A DNA stretch of 34,705 nt from a virus (taxonomy: Duplodnaviria; Caudoviricetes): positions 1 to 34,705 of the IMG/VR virus record IMGVR_UViG_3300044723_008891. One strand, 5' to 3'. Of the stretch, positions 19,332 to 27,288 are shown piece after piece. The notes below the pieces were generated by a model that searched no databases, was not told the DNA's origin, and saw nothing but the letters and a program-made list of their open reading frames with translations. Numbering within the stretch: position 1 is the first letter of the stretch; every line of letters starts with the position of its first letter. The position numbers and the translations under genes are program-made.

Positions 19332-20225
19332 TCATGACAGTGGTTCATTAATATAATTTTTTCTAAAGTGGTTGTATATCTTCAAACAATTCACACGCAT
19401 CTTAAAAACAGTCTCCTCCGGAACAGTCGATAAAATCCCTGCTATGTTTGTAACATCACGTTCCTCTACTCGGATTATCGCGTCATCCCATAACTCATGT
19501 CTAGGTAACTCATATGTATCAGACAACAAAACAGGTATGGAACCAGCTCCGAGGCTTTCCCAAAATCTAATAGTGTTCGGTCCAGCCCCTCCTGGGCACA
19601 AGCTGAATCTACTCCGCATGAGTAAATCATTGTACATATCAACTGAACTATCATCTGTTATTGTAGATCCACTCGCGTTTTGAGCGTCACTGTATACTTG
19701 TTCTTCAAAATGCCAAACGTCCGTGTTTCTCACAACACAATCACTCGGATGTGACATATTAAAAATACGCTCCCTCACATCAGACAAATAATGTCTCATG
19801 CTCGCACCAGTGAAACTATAAAATATGTCACGTTTGGTGTTAATGAAGTCAACATCTTTAAATTTTAAATTTCTATTCACATCTTCAATATTAACAGCAT
19901 ATAATGGGCATGCCCTCAACTTAATGTCATCGACAACATCTTCATTGATTATCTTATGACTTGTATACAGTCGATTTATGTTGAGTGATTTGAATAAAGG
20001 TACAAGTGTACGAAAGTGTATATGTTGACAACATGTGTAATTGTTCGAGTTTTTAATTTGAGGTCGTATATGATATAACACATTGTTCAAGTCAATGTTT
20101 TTGTCAATTATAGTCGCCCACGGCACACCTATAAAATTAGAGTATTTTTTGTTTTGATTGAAGAATTCTTCTTCAGTTATGACAGGATATTGCCAGAATA
20201 AATTCAAATCTTTAAAATCAATCAT
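19332..20225 (-). CDS. Exostosin-family glycosyltransferase (GT47); start 20225 (MIDFKD) or 20267
   Basis: FYSFTG...VRERI...SRFSLCPGGAGPNTIRFWESLGAGSIPVLLSD..ELP. Confidence 0.85.
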   Translation of the reverse strand: MIDFKDLNLFWQYPVITEEEFFNQNKKYSNFIGVPWATIIDKNIDLNNVLYHIRPQIKNSNNYTCCQHIHFRTLVPLFKSLNINRLYTSHKIINEDVVDDIKLRACPLYAVNIEDVNRNLKFKDVDFINTKRDIFYSFTGASMRHYLSDVRERIFNMSHPSDCVVRNTDVWHFEEQVYSDAQNASGSTITDDSSVDMYNDLLMRSRFSLCPGGAGPNTIRFWESLGAGSIPVLLSDTYELPRHELWDDAIIRVEERDVTNIAGILSTVPEETVFKMRVNCLKIYNHFRKNYINEPLS

Positions 20226-20226
20226 A

Positions 20227-21030
20227 TCAATATTTGTCGAAATATTGTTGTTCAATCTGTTGCTCATTATCTACAGGTGTCATGAACAATCCAGGTTGTT
20301 TTCTGTGTATCAAAACACCTCGAAGGTAGTTATCAAACATCTTAAATGCCATCCGGTCCACAGGGTTCAATTCAACAGATGCGTGATTGAATTTTTGTTC
20401 AGGGCTTTTACTATCCAACTGCCATGTAGGATCGTGCTTGACATGAAAACAGCACGGAGGAAATTGATTTGCGAAGCGTGAACTACCAAACACTCTCATG
20501 ATGGTAGCATAAACTTGATCCCAACACGGTTGCCCGACAAGATAATCATTAAACATGTGACTATTATCACGGAACCAATCCGTCTTGAAAACAAAAGCGT
20601 CAAACCCGGCAATTTCATATCGTATAGGTTCGACCTGTTTGTCAACTATCTGTTGAAACGTACTGACAGGTTGTATATCAACCCTGGAGCATGCAAAACA
20701 GTCTGGTTGTTCATTTATAATACGCTTGATTATAGAGTTTGTTAAGATGACATCACTATTGACATATATAAAGTAGTCATATTCTCTGGTTGCTAGAACG
20801 TTCAGTATATCGTTCACAAAAGGTAATCGCTTGTCACCATCAGTTACATCTTTGCTGCTTCGGTTCAACACCGGAAGTGTTCTCACATCATACAACTGCT
20901 CAGTATGGTCTGTGAATTGCACATCCACAACCTCACAGTCATACTGTTCAGCAAGATGTTTATATGATGCTAGTGCGATGTCCTGTCGCGTGTAACGACC
21001 ATGTGTGTTTGTACCGATCAATATGTTCAT
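20227..21030 (-). CDS. Putative GT-A fold nucleotide-sugar transferase
   Basis: LPFVNDIL...YFIYVNSDVIL (DxD-like), GFDAFVF, GQPCWD; sits inside the glycan cluster. Confidence 0.6.
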   Translation of the reverse strand: MNILIGTNTHGRYTRQDIALASYKHLAEQYDCEVVDVQFTDHTEQLYDVRTLPVLNRSSKDVTDGDKRLPFVNDILNVLATREYDYFIYVNSDVILTNSIIKRIINEQPDCFACSRVDIQPVSTFQQIVDKQVEPIRYEIAGFDAFVFKTDWFRDNSHMFNDYLVGQPCWDQVYATIMRVFGSSRFANQFPPCCFHVKHDPTWQLDSKSPEQKFNHASVELNPVDRMAFKMFDNYLRGVLIHRKQPGLFMTPVDNEQQIEQQYFDKY

Positions 21031-21803
21031 GGTTTGACATCTCGTAAATACTGTAGCACTTGTTCTTTTGTGTCACTGACCTGATCGGTACTACACACGT
21101 TGATACCGTAACGTTGATGAAAAAGCTTCACACCATGCACGAAATTTTCACGCCATTGTTCTTCATTTCTGATCTTGCTCTCTGCTAATGATGGATCTTG
21201 ATCATCAATCAACTCGTGACTATCAGCTACATCCGCAAACCATCTGAACGCCGGATGAAACCCAGCATTGATTATTCTCATGGTGTGGTCCACATGCTCC
21301 ATGGCATTCCGGTATTCTGAATCCATCATGCCGCATTGTTCTATAACATCTCGGTGGTAGTAACTCAAGGCTCCTGTCACGTTATGATACAAAGCCATGC
21401 GTACGGTCTTGTAATCGATGATCAGCTTGGGAGCTGGTTCATCCAATCGTTTGTTAGCATCTCCATGCAAACAAAAGTTCAAGTGCTTCACACCACTAAG
21501 ATTGGATAATTCGATATACTTGTTCAATGCATGCTCTGATTTGAACAACACATCATCTTCCATCAAGAACAAATGTTCACATCCAAGTTCAATCAATCGA
21601 TTGATTGCTCTGTTTTTTGACTCACCAACACCAACATTGATATCGTTATCGATGATCTCGTATGCACCTTGAGGTATCTTCTGTTCTCCATCATTCACAA
21701 CAATCAGATGATCCACGGGTTGTTTTGTTGAATGTATCGATTCAACACATGATTCGAACATTTTCACACGGTCACATGTGATGATTGCAATTCCAATAGA
21801 CAT
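21027..21803 (-). CDS. Glycosyltransferase family 2; start reassigned to MSIGIAI
   Basis: IGIAIITCDR, LIVVNDG, GVGESKNRAI, LFLMEDD, GMMD...EHVDHTMR; TATAAT 6 nt before ATG 21803. Confidence 0.85.
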   Translation of the reverse strand: MSIGIAIITCDRVKMFESCVESIHSTKQPVDHLIVVNDGEQKIPQGAYEIIDNDINVGVGESKNRAINRLIELGCEHLFLMEDDVLFKSEHALNKYIELSNLSGVKHLNFCLHGDANKRLDEPAPKLIIDYKTVRMALYHNVTGALSYYHRDVIEQCGMMDSEYRNAMEHVDHTMRIINAGFHPAFRWFADVADSHELIDDQDPSLAESKIRNEEQWRENFVHGVKLFHQRYGINVCSTDQVSDTKEQVLQYLRDVKP

Positions 21804-21809
21804 ACATAT

Positions 21810-21838
21810 ATTATAATAAACAAACACCACTAAATCAA
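21810..21838 (-). promoter_or_regulatory. sigma70-like promoter TTGATT-N17-TATAAT for GT2-GT-GT47
   Basis: -35 at 21833-21838, -10 at 21810-21815; back-to-back with the phoH late box ATAAATA at 21838-21844 (+). Confidence 0.7.
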
Positions 21839-21850
21839 TAAATAATATTA

Positions 21851-22609
21851 ATGACTAAGCGTAAGGCTTCATATAAACGGTCTTCTTCAAAAAATCGTAA
21901 AGATGCGGATGTTGAGGATATACCAGAGATCGTAACACGAAACACAATGGATAGAACTTTCAAGATCGATTCCAAGTATGAACTGACACCGGTGCACAAG
22001 AGTTTTGTTGAGCTGTGTTTTTGTAACAATACAAAAATAGCTTTTGTGGATGGACCCGCGGGTACTGCCAAGACGTATTGTGCTGCATATGCTGCATTAC
22101 ACATGCTCAAAGCACACAAGATAGACGAGGTGGTTTACATACGAAGCATCATCGAGAGTGCCAGCAAGAGCATGGGGAGTCTCCCGGGAGAAGTGGATGA
22201 TAAATTTCTCCCATGGACATTACCATTGCAGGAGAAACTAAGTGAATTGATATCAAGCTCCACGATCAGCACGTTGTTTGCAACAGATACTATAAAGGCG
22301 ATACCGGTCAATTATGTGAGAGGATTGACATTCAAGGACAGCATGGTCATTGTTGATGAAGCGCAAAATTTAACCAAGAGCGAATTGATAACAATACTGA
22401 CCAGATTTGGTGAGGATAGCAAGATGTTGGTGATTGGCGACACATTACAGAGTGACATCAATGGCAAGAGTGGTTTTAGTGAGATATACAACACATTCAA
22501 TGACCAAGAGAGTGAGGATAACGGAGTGTTCTGTTTCAAATTCACAAACAATGACATACTCCGCAGCGAAATGCTCAAATTTATTGTCAAGAAGTTAGGG
22601 CAACAATAA
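21851..22609 (+). CDS. phoH: PhoH-family ATPase
   Basis: DGPAGTAKT (Walker A), MGSLPG...K..P, YVRGLTF, IVDEAQN, LTRFGEDSK..VIGDTLQSD, DILRS. Confidence 0.95.
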   Translation: MTKRKASYKRSSSKNRKDADVEDIPEIVTRNTMDRTFKIDSKYELTPVHKSFVELCFCNNTKIAFVDGPAGTAKTYCAAYAALHMLKAHKIDEVVYIRSIIESASKSMGSLPGEVDDKFLPWTLPLQEKLSELISSSTISTLFATDTIKAIPVNYVRGLTFKDSMVIVDEAQNLTKSELITILTRFGEDSKMLVIGDTLQSDINGKSGFSEIYNTFNDQESEDNGVFCFKFTNNDILRSEMLKFIVKKLGQQ

Positions 22610-22617
22610 ATAATGAT

Positions 22618-22899
22618 ATGGATCAGTTCGATACATTGGTTAACGAGATACTCAAAAAAGATTTACATGTCGGTGACAGAGTCAAGAACGTAAATCCTGA
22701 TTGCGAACATTATGGATCAGAAGGTGTTGTCAAAAAGATAACAACAAGGCCAGAAGAGAATAGCGACAAAGTGAAGAACAAACACAATGTACCTGGTAGT
22801 GATGCAGAATATGAGGTCACCAACGATACAGACAACGCTGGCAAGGGTGATAGACTCAAAAAGAGTCTAGATCAACTCAAGATTAAATCAAAAACTTGA
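22618..22899 (+). CDS. Small late protein, SH3/KOW-like
   Basis: LHVGDRVKNVNPDCEHYGSEGVVKKI; ATAAATA at 22606-22612. Confidence 0.65.
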   Translation: MDQFDTLVNEILKKDLHVGDRVKNVNPDCEHYGSEGVVKKITTRPEENSDKVKNKHNVPGSDAEYEVTNDTDNAGKGDRLKKSLDQLKIKSKT

Positions 22900-23137
22900 G
22901 AGCTTTCTGAAATTCTTTGAGCACACGTGATGGGTCTCTTGCTTCTCGGCTCAGCACTTGATTACCTTCAGCATCTTCCGTGTACAGTGGATCTACTTGT
23001 GATTGAAACTCTCTCTTAAAACTCTCTACAAATTCTTCACTCAGTTTCAGCTTGGAAGGAAATCTTTCTCTCACAACAGTCTTGTACAACCCAAAGTTCT
23101 CTGTTACATTGTCTAAAGCTTCATTGAAATTTTTCAT
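22883..23137 (-). CDS. Hypothetical late protein (84 aa)
   Basis: TATAAATA at 23145-23152, 7 nt before the ATG. Confidence 0.7.
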   Translation of the reverse strand: MKNFNEALDNVTENFGLYKTVVRERFPSKLKLSEEFVESFKREFQSQVDPLYTEDAEGNQVLSREARDPSRVLKEFQKALKFLI

Positions 23138-23143
23138 ACACGA

Positions 23144-23848
23144 TTATTTATACAATTTCAACTCATCCTCTGAGTTTTCTGGTGAATCCAATATCGGCAT
23201 ACCAAATTGATCATACAATGCGTTCGTGTCCACCATTGTTTCGTCCTCTCCAAACATGTTACCGTTTTCATTGACATAAAATTCGATCATCTTGATACGT
23301 TCTTCCGTTGTACCAAAAATTTCTACCAGAGCCGCTCGATCCTCTTTAGGAAAAAATCGCTCATCTTCCTTACTCCAATTAGCATACATGGCTTTGAAGA
23401 AATTATCAATTTCTGAAATATATTCAGCATCCGTTTCTCTCTCACCATCATCTTCAATATCATCCTGTGTAACATTGGTTATAGGTATGAGAAATATCAC
23501 ATCAAGTAGTTTCATGGACTCTCTGACAATTGGTATACATTTCTCAACAAACAACTCATCTATATCTCCTACGCCTTTATGATATGCCCACAAGGTATAC
23601 ACAATATTATCGAGAGGACAACGATCAAAAATAACATGATCACTTGCACTATATTTCTCCATCTCATCAATCATGTGATTGAGAATTTTCCACTGTGTGT
23701 CTTTGTTGGTTTGCATGCTATGCTTTTCATCACTGATGAAACTCCTGTAACTCTTTTCTGGAGTCACATACATGTCCCAGTTATCGAGAAATGCGTTGAG
23801 TAATGTCGTTTTGCCTTGAGCAGCTGTACCGGATATTGCTAATCTCAT
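23144..23848 (-). CDS. P-loop nucleotide kinase-like protein (AAA_28/dNMP-kinase type)
   Basis: AISGTAAQGKTTLL, VIFDRCPLDNIVY; TATAAATA at 23854-23861. Confidence 0.78.
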   Translation of the reverse strand: MRLAISGTAAQGKTTLLNAFLDNWDMYVTPEKSYRSFISDEKHSMQTNKDTQWKILNHMIDEMEKYSASDHVIFDRCPLDNIVYTLWAYHKGVGDIDELFVEKCIPIVRESMKLLDVIFLIPITNVTQDDIEDDGERETDAEYISEIDNFFKAMYANWSKEDERFFPKEDRAALVEIFGTTEERIKMIEFYVNENGNMFGEDETMVDTNALYDQFGMPILDSPENSEDELKLYK

Positions 23849-23882
23849 GATACTATTTATATGTGCTTAGCATTTTGTCAAC

Positions 23883-24671
23883 TCAAACACCTGTCAGCTT
23901 GTCCCAAGCACTCACGTGCAACCTGGTCAGTCCAATGTACCCGTATTTTTTTGCCATATCAAGACTGAATTTGGTACGTTCATGGAAATTGTTCTGACTA
24001 TCTAATCCAGGCATCATCAACACACGGTCAAACGGGATGTTGAATCTATTAACAAAATCTCTTTCGATCTCCTGTAAACATTCCTCGGTGCTTATGACAA
24101 ATTTGAACCAATAATTCTTATGACTCATGATTCGCTCAATCGCTTCCGGATTAATTCTACGGTTCTCTTCCATACCACTGTTAGCCAATTTGACACTACA
24201 GTTTATTTGATCAAGCACATCAAACAACTCATCACGAATGTAAATTGTACCGTTTGTCTCGATCTCATTGTAGCTTTTCAAAAACTTACCAGTCTTTTCT
24301 AAACATTGTTCTCCTAGCCAACTGTCAAACGCGGTAATCGCACGTTGATGTTTAGGTATTGTAGGCTCACCACCGGTCCAGATCAGATGTATTCTACCTT
24401 GATAGATCCACTTATCAATCTGTTCATGTTCCCATTGCTGTAACATTTTATAAAAAGGCTTTTCCAATCCACGTTTCCATACAGCCTCGGTATCACACCA
24501 CCACGTGGCTTTGCCTTCCTTCATCAAACTACCGTTAGTACCACCACACATCAAATTACAAGCTTTAAGCCTAATAAAATATGCAGGATATCCTGTAGTG
24601 TTACCTTCACATTGAACAGAGTAGAAACTCTCTGATACATCTAGTGTTGTTGGTGTTGTATCTTGTGTCAT
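23883..24671 (-). CDS. queE: 7-carboxy-7-deazaguanine synthase (radical SAM)
   Basis: SESFYSVQCEG..G.PAYFIRL..CNLMC...WCDT, TGGEP, EIETNG, NCSVKL, FKFVI, RLHV..W. Confidence 0.9.
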   Translation of the reverse strand: MTQDTTPTTLDVSESFYSVQCEGNTTGYPAYFIRLKACNLMCGGTNGSLMKEGKATWWCDTEAVWKRGLEKPFYKMLQQWEHEQIDKWIYQGRIHLIWTGGEPTIPKHQRAITAFDSWLGEQCLEKTGKFLKSYNEIETNGTIYIRDELFDVLDQINCSVKLANSGMEENRRINPEAIERIMSHKNYWFKFVISTEECLQEIERDFVNRFNIPFDRVLMMPGLDSQNNFHERTKFSLDMAKKYGYIGLTRLHVSAWDKLTGV

Positions 24672-25273
24672 AATCCCCAGACGTTTGTTGAGTTAGGATC
24701 AACCCATTTGTTAGTTGTTTTGTTTTTGTTTGTGTTCACTGCCACTCCGTCTGATTGCGGTGCTGGTTGAGTTTGATTGTTCAAATCATGTGCATTGACT
24801 GAATCGATTGTCTCTATATTGTCAGCAATCTCACGTGTTTGCTTGTGATATATAGCAGAATTGTTCTCATGTTCAAACACTTCAGCTTTGACACATCTGC
24901 ATCTACCATCGGTCATTTGTTGAACAAATTTATCCGCTATCAAACAACACCATTCAGCAAAGCGCTCGATACCCACACCATTTTGCAACACGTTGAGCAC
25001 GATTATATTTTTTTGTTCCAGATCACGAAACACATCGATGTGTGGATCATCAGCTGCAATCACTGTGGTGTGATCAAACATGTCTTGAAATATTAGTTTG
25101 AGCTTTTTGAGACCTCCGAAATCAACAACCCAGTTGTTTTCATCGAGCTCATCAGCTTCAAACCAAAATTTTGCTGTGAGTCTGTAACCATGTAAAAATG
25201 AGCAATGGGATTTGGCTCTTGGTTGTCTGAACGCACAGCTGCCTAATTCTATAATCTTGGTACTGCTAAACAT
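24668..25273 (-). CDS. queD: 6-carboxy-5,6,7,8-tetrahydropterin synthase (phage-type QueD/PTPS) with C-terminal extension
   Basis: SCAFRQ...HCSFLHGY, WVVDFGGLK, FDHT, GIERFA, VFEHENNSA. Confidence 0.88.
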   Translation of the reverse strand: MFSSTKIIELGSCAFRQPRAKSHCSFLHGYRLTAKFWFEADELDENNWVVDFGGLKKLKLIFQDMFDHTTVIAADDPHIDVFRDLEQKNIIVLNVLQNGVGIERFAEWCCLIADKFVQQMTDGRCRCVKAEVFEHENNSAIYHKQTREIADNIETIDSVNAHDLNNQTQPAPQSDGVAVNTNKNKTTNKWVDPNSTNVWGL

Positions 25274-25279
25274 TCATTT

Positions 25280-25309
25280 ATTATAACATCTTCAATCATG
25301 ATTGTCCAA
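25280..25309 (-). promoter_or_regulatory. sigma70-like promoter for queD-queE (TTGGAC-N18-TATAAT)
   Basis: -10 at 25280-25285, 6 nt before ATG 25273. Confidence 0.6.
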
Positions 25310-25549
25310 CTTTATTTCTACACTTTGTATCATGTTGTTGATGTTATCAAAAAACCAACAACAAGCAGCACTCGCCAAAGCTAACTTCCATCCACCAACA
25401 ATCAGACCACACCAAAAACCCAAACACAAGCTACACTTGAAAAGCTCATGTAACAATTTGATCTTACAAACAAAATGTCTCGGTTTGTTTAAAATTGTGC
25501 CGTACTTTAATATCCAATGTAAACCGACACAACAAATCAAATCAATCAT
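25292..25549 (-). CDS. Small Cys-rich membrane protein (DUF1360-like CxxCxGFW motif)
   Basis: LFKCSLCLGFWCG with hydrophobic flanks; ATG 25549 overlaps the upstream stop. Confidence 0.6.
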   Translation of the reverse strand: MIDLICCVGLHWILKYGTILNKPRHFVCKIKLLHELFKCSLCLGFWCGLIVGGWKLALASAACCWFFDNINNMIQSVEIKLDNHD

Positions 25550-25739
25550 TGTTGTCCTCAAGCATGTCCACCGCTTCAGAAATCATTTTCGCTTGCTGTT
25601 TGGACATGGTGACTGTCTGTCCAAAGTCATCTTTAATCTTGATGTTATCACCGTCTGTGGATACAACCGGGCAACGCTTACTACCGCAACATAATATAAC
25701 GGATTGATTTAATGTATCGTGTTTCAATTGATTTTTCAT
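25542..25739 (-). CDS. Hypothetical protein (65 aa)
   Basis: LCCGSKRCPVV...IKDDFGQTV; overlaps both neighbours in an operon. Confidence 0.65.
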   Translation of the reverse strand: MKNQLKHDTLNQSVILCCGSKRCPVVSTDGDNIKIKDDFGQTVTMSKQQAKMISEAVDMLEDNND

Positions 25740-26161
25740 AAATGTTCGATGTGTATTATTGTCAGTTCACCTTTGTCTTCATCATACCTAGGAGCAACAG
25801 TTGTGACAAAATCATTCTCTAGAGCTCCCTGCTTGTCAATCGTTTTGACTTGAGCATTTTTATCAGTTGTGACCATATGAAACATTTTGTCATGCTCAGT
25901 ACCAGATATGATGGCACCTCCAGAACCATTGTCACTATCAATCGATTTCACATTGATGATATTTGACAGATCCGCTCCACGTCCTGGTTTTTGTATGAAT
26001 ATTTTCACATGTTTGATTCCTGGAAATGAATCACCAGTGGAAATCACAACCGGTTTTCTTGTTTCACTCGGTAAACCCTCAACAACAAGTTGTTTGTTCA
26101 CCTTGGCGTAACATTCAAACAGATTGTTAAAGTCATTGTTGTACATTCCGAATCGTTTCAT
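25736..26161 (-). CDS. Hypothetical late protein (141 aa)
   Basis: TAATG coupling to the upstream gene. Confidence 0.7.
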   Translation of the reverse strand: MKRFGMYNNDFNNLFECYAKVNKQLVVEGLPSETRKPVVISTGDSFPGIKHVKIFIQKPGRGADLSNIINVKSIDSDNGSGGAIISGTEHDKMFHMVTTDKNAQVKTIDKQGALENDFVTTVAPRYDEDKGELTIIHIEHL

Positions 26162-26808
26162 TATTCACCTACATATAATCTGATGCTGATATTTCCAGCT
26201 TGATCAGAATTGTTAAATTTATCCACCAGATCATATGTGTCTTTCACTGGACTTGGGCTGGACACAGCTATCACAATGTCTTCTGACGATTTACCTGTCA
26301 AACTCATCAATGATGGTTTGTATAATTGCCATATTTGCATCGTCTGTTCAACTGTCACGTGACCATATGTGGGGCTGCTCACATCATTGCTTTGCATCAG
26401 AATCGAGTAGATTTGATCCTTATCAACTCCATCCGGGAGATTTTTAGCTATTGTGTTTTTGTCTTTGATCGATATCGCAGCTCTGAATGCTGTGGCACTG
26501 GTCATTCTGGCCACGCCAGCGGTCCTGACACCCAACAGATTGCTTGTGTATTTGTCAGATTTTAAAATGTTGTTGTATCTCACAACATCCGGAGCTTCCT
26601 TTTTACCACCTACGTTTTGAGTTGATAATGGTCGTGCCTTGTCAGACACGAAGATATAAACACGTTCATTATTCTTGCATGCATTGTATGCAGTCATGTA
26701 ATGTCCAACGTGCGGTGGCTTGAAAGCTCCTGGAAATATACCAACATTAAAGACATTCCGGTCCTGTTCCACAATAATGTCCTTGTATAGTTGATCAAAT
26801 TGCTTCAT
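26161..26808 (-). CDS. HIGH-superfamily nucleotidyltransferase (cytidyltransferase/NMNAT-like), apparently segment-swapped
   Basis: GIFPGAFKPPHVGH (HIGH), VYIFVS, TSATAFRAAI (KMSKS-equivalent). Confidence 0.8.
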   Translation of the reverse strand: MKQFDQLYKDIIVEQDRNVFNVGIFPGAFKPPHVGHYMTAYNACKNNERVYIFVSDKARPLSTQNVGGKKEAPDVVRYNNILKSDKYTSNLLGVRTAGVARMTSATAFRAAISIKDKNTIAKNLPDGVDKDQIYSILMQSNDVSSPTYGHVTVEQTMQIWQLYKPSLMSLTGKSSEDIVIAVSSPSPVKDTYDLVDKFNNSDQAGNISIRLYVGE

Positions 26809-27229
26809 CAGTCACGTAGTCTCTATACATGTTCAGAACAGCCATTGGATCACAACCACACCCTTTGAGCAATTGTTCCAATTGTGATACATCTGTTGCA
26901 TTTATTATCGAGTCCATATGTTTCGACACTTTGTCATGATAACCTCTTGTCATTAAATAGTCAACCACATGTTTCTTGAATTTCGCAAGAGGATCCGCTG
27001 GTTGTCCGCATGTCCCTTCTGGTTCATATTGTTCAGGCCCGAGTGACATTGCGTCACCACCTAATTTAGGGACAATCGCGATCACATTACCCATACCATC
27101 TTCTTCTAGAACATAACCAACATAGTCATTCATTTCGTCGATCCCGTTCGCAGGGTCATGTTTTATCCTGATTCTCAATAAATCGGTTTTGTTGAGATTG
27201 TTTTCCATCAATGTGTTGAATCTAGACAT
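26795..27229 (-). CDS. Hypothetical late protein (144 aa)
   Basis: ATAAATA at 27236-27242; LRIRIKHDP...YVGYVLEE. Confidence 0.72.
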   Translation of the reverse strand: MSRFNTLMENNLNKTDLLRIRIKHDPANGIDEMNDYVGYVLEEDGMGNVIAIVPKLGGDAMSLGPEQYEPEGTCGQPADPLAKFKKHVVDYLMTRGYHDKVSKHMDSIINATDVSQLEQLLKGCGCDPMAVLNMYRDYVTDEAI

Positions 27230-27251
27230 ATAAAATATTTATTAAACTAAG

Positions 27252-27280
27252 TTGTATTTACGATCGTTTGTGTATATAAT
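27252..27280 (+). promoter_or_regulatory. sigma70-like promoter for folE (TTGTAT-N17-TATAAT)
   Basis: -35 at 27252-27257, -10 at 27275-27280, ATG 8 nt downstream. Confidence 0.7.
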
Positions 27281-27288
27281 AGGTTCAT

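Noticed and set aside
16157-21803. Eukaryotic giant-virus or cellular origin suggested by the eukaryote-like glycosyltransferases
   Set aside because: Overlapping operons, T4-type late boxes, sigma70-type promoters, gp62, UvsY/UvsW and PhoH indicate a bacteriophage.
26140-26180. Frameshift or pseudogene joining the nucleotidyltransferase (LYVGE-stop) to the next ORF (MKRF)
   Set aside because: The expected C-terminal SAT..R block is already present inside the protein, the next ORF has no such motifs, and TAATG is ordinary translational coupling.
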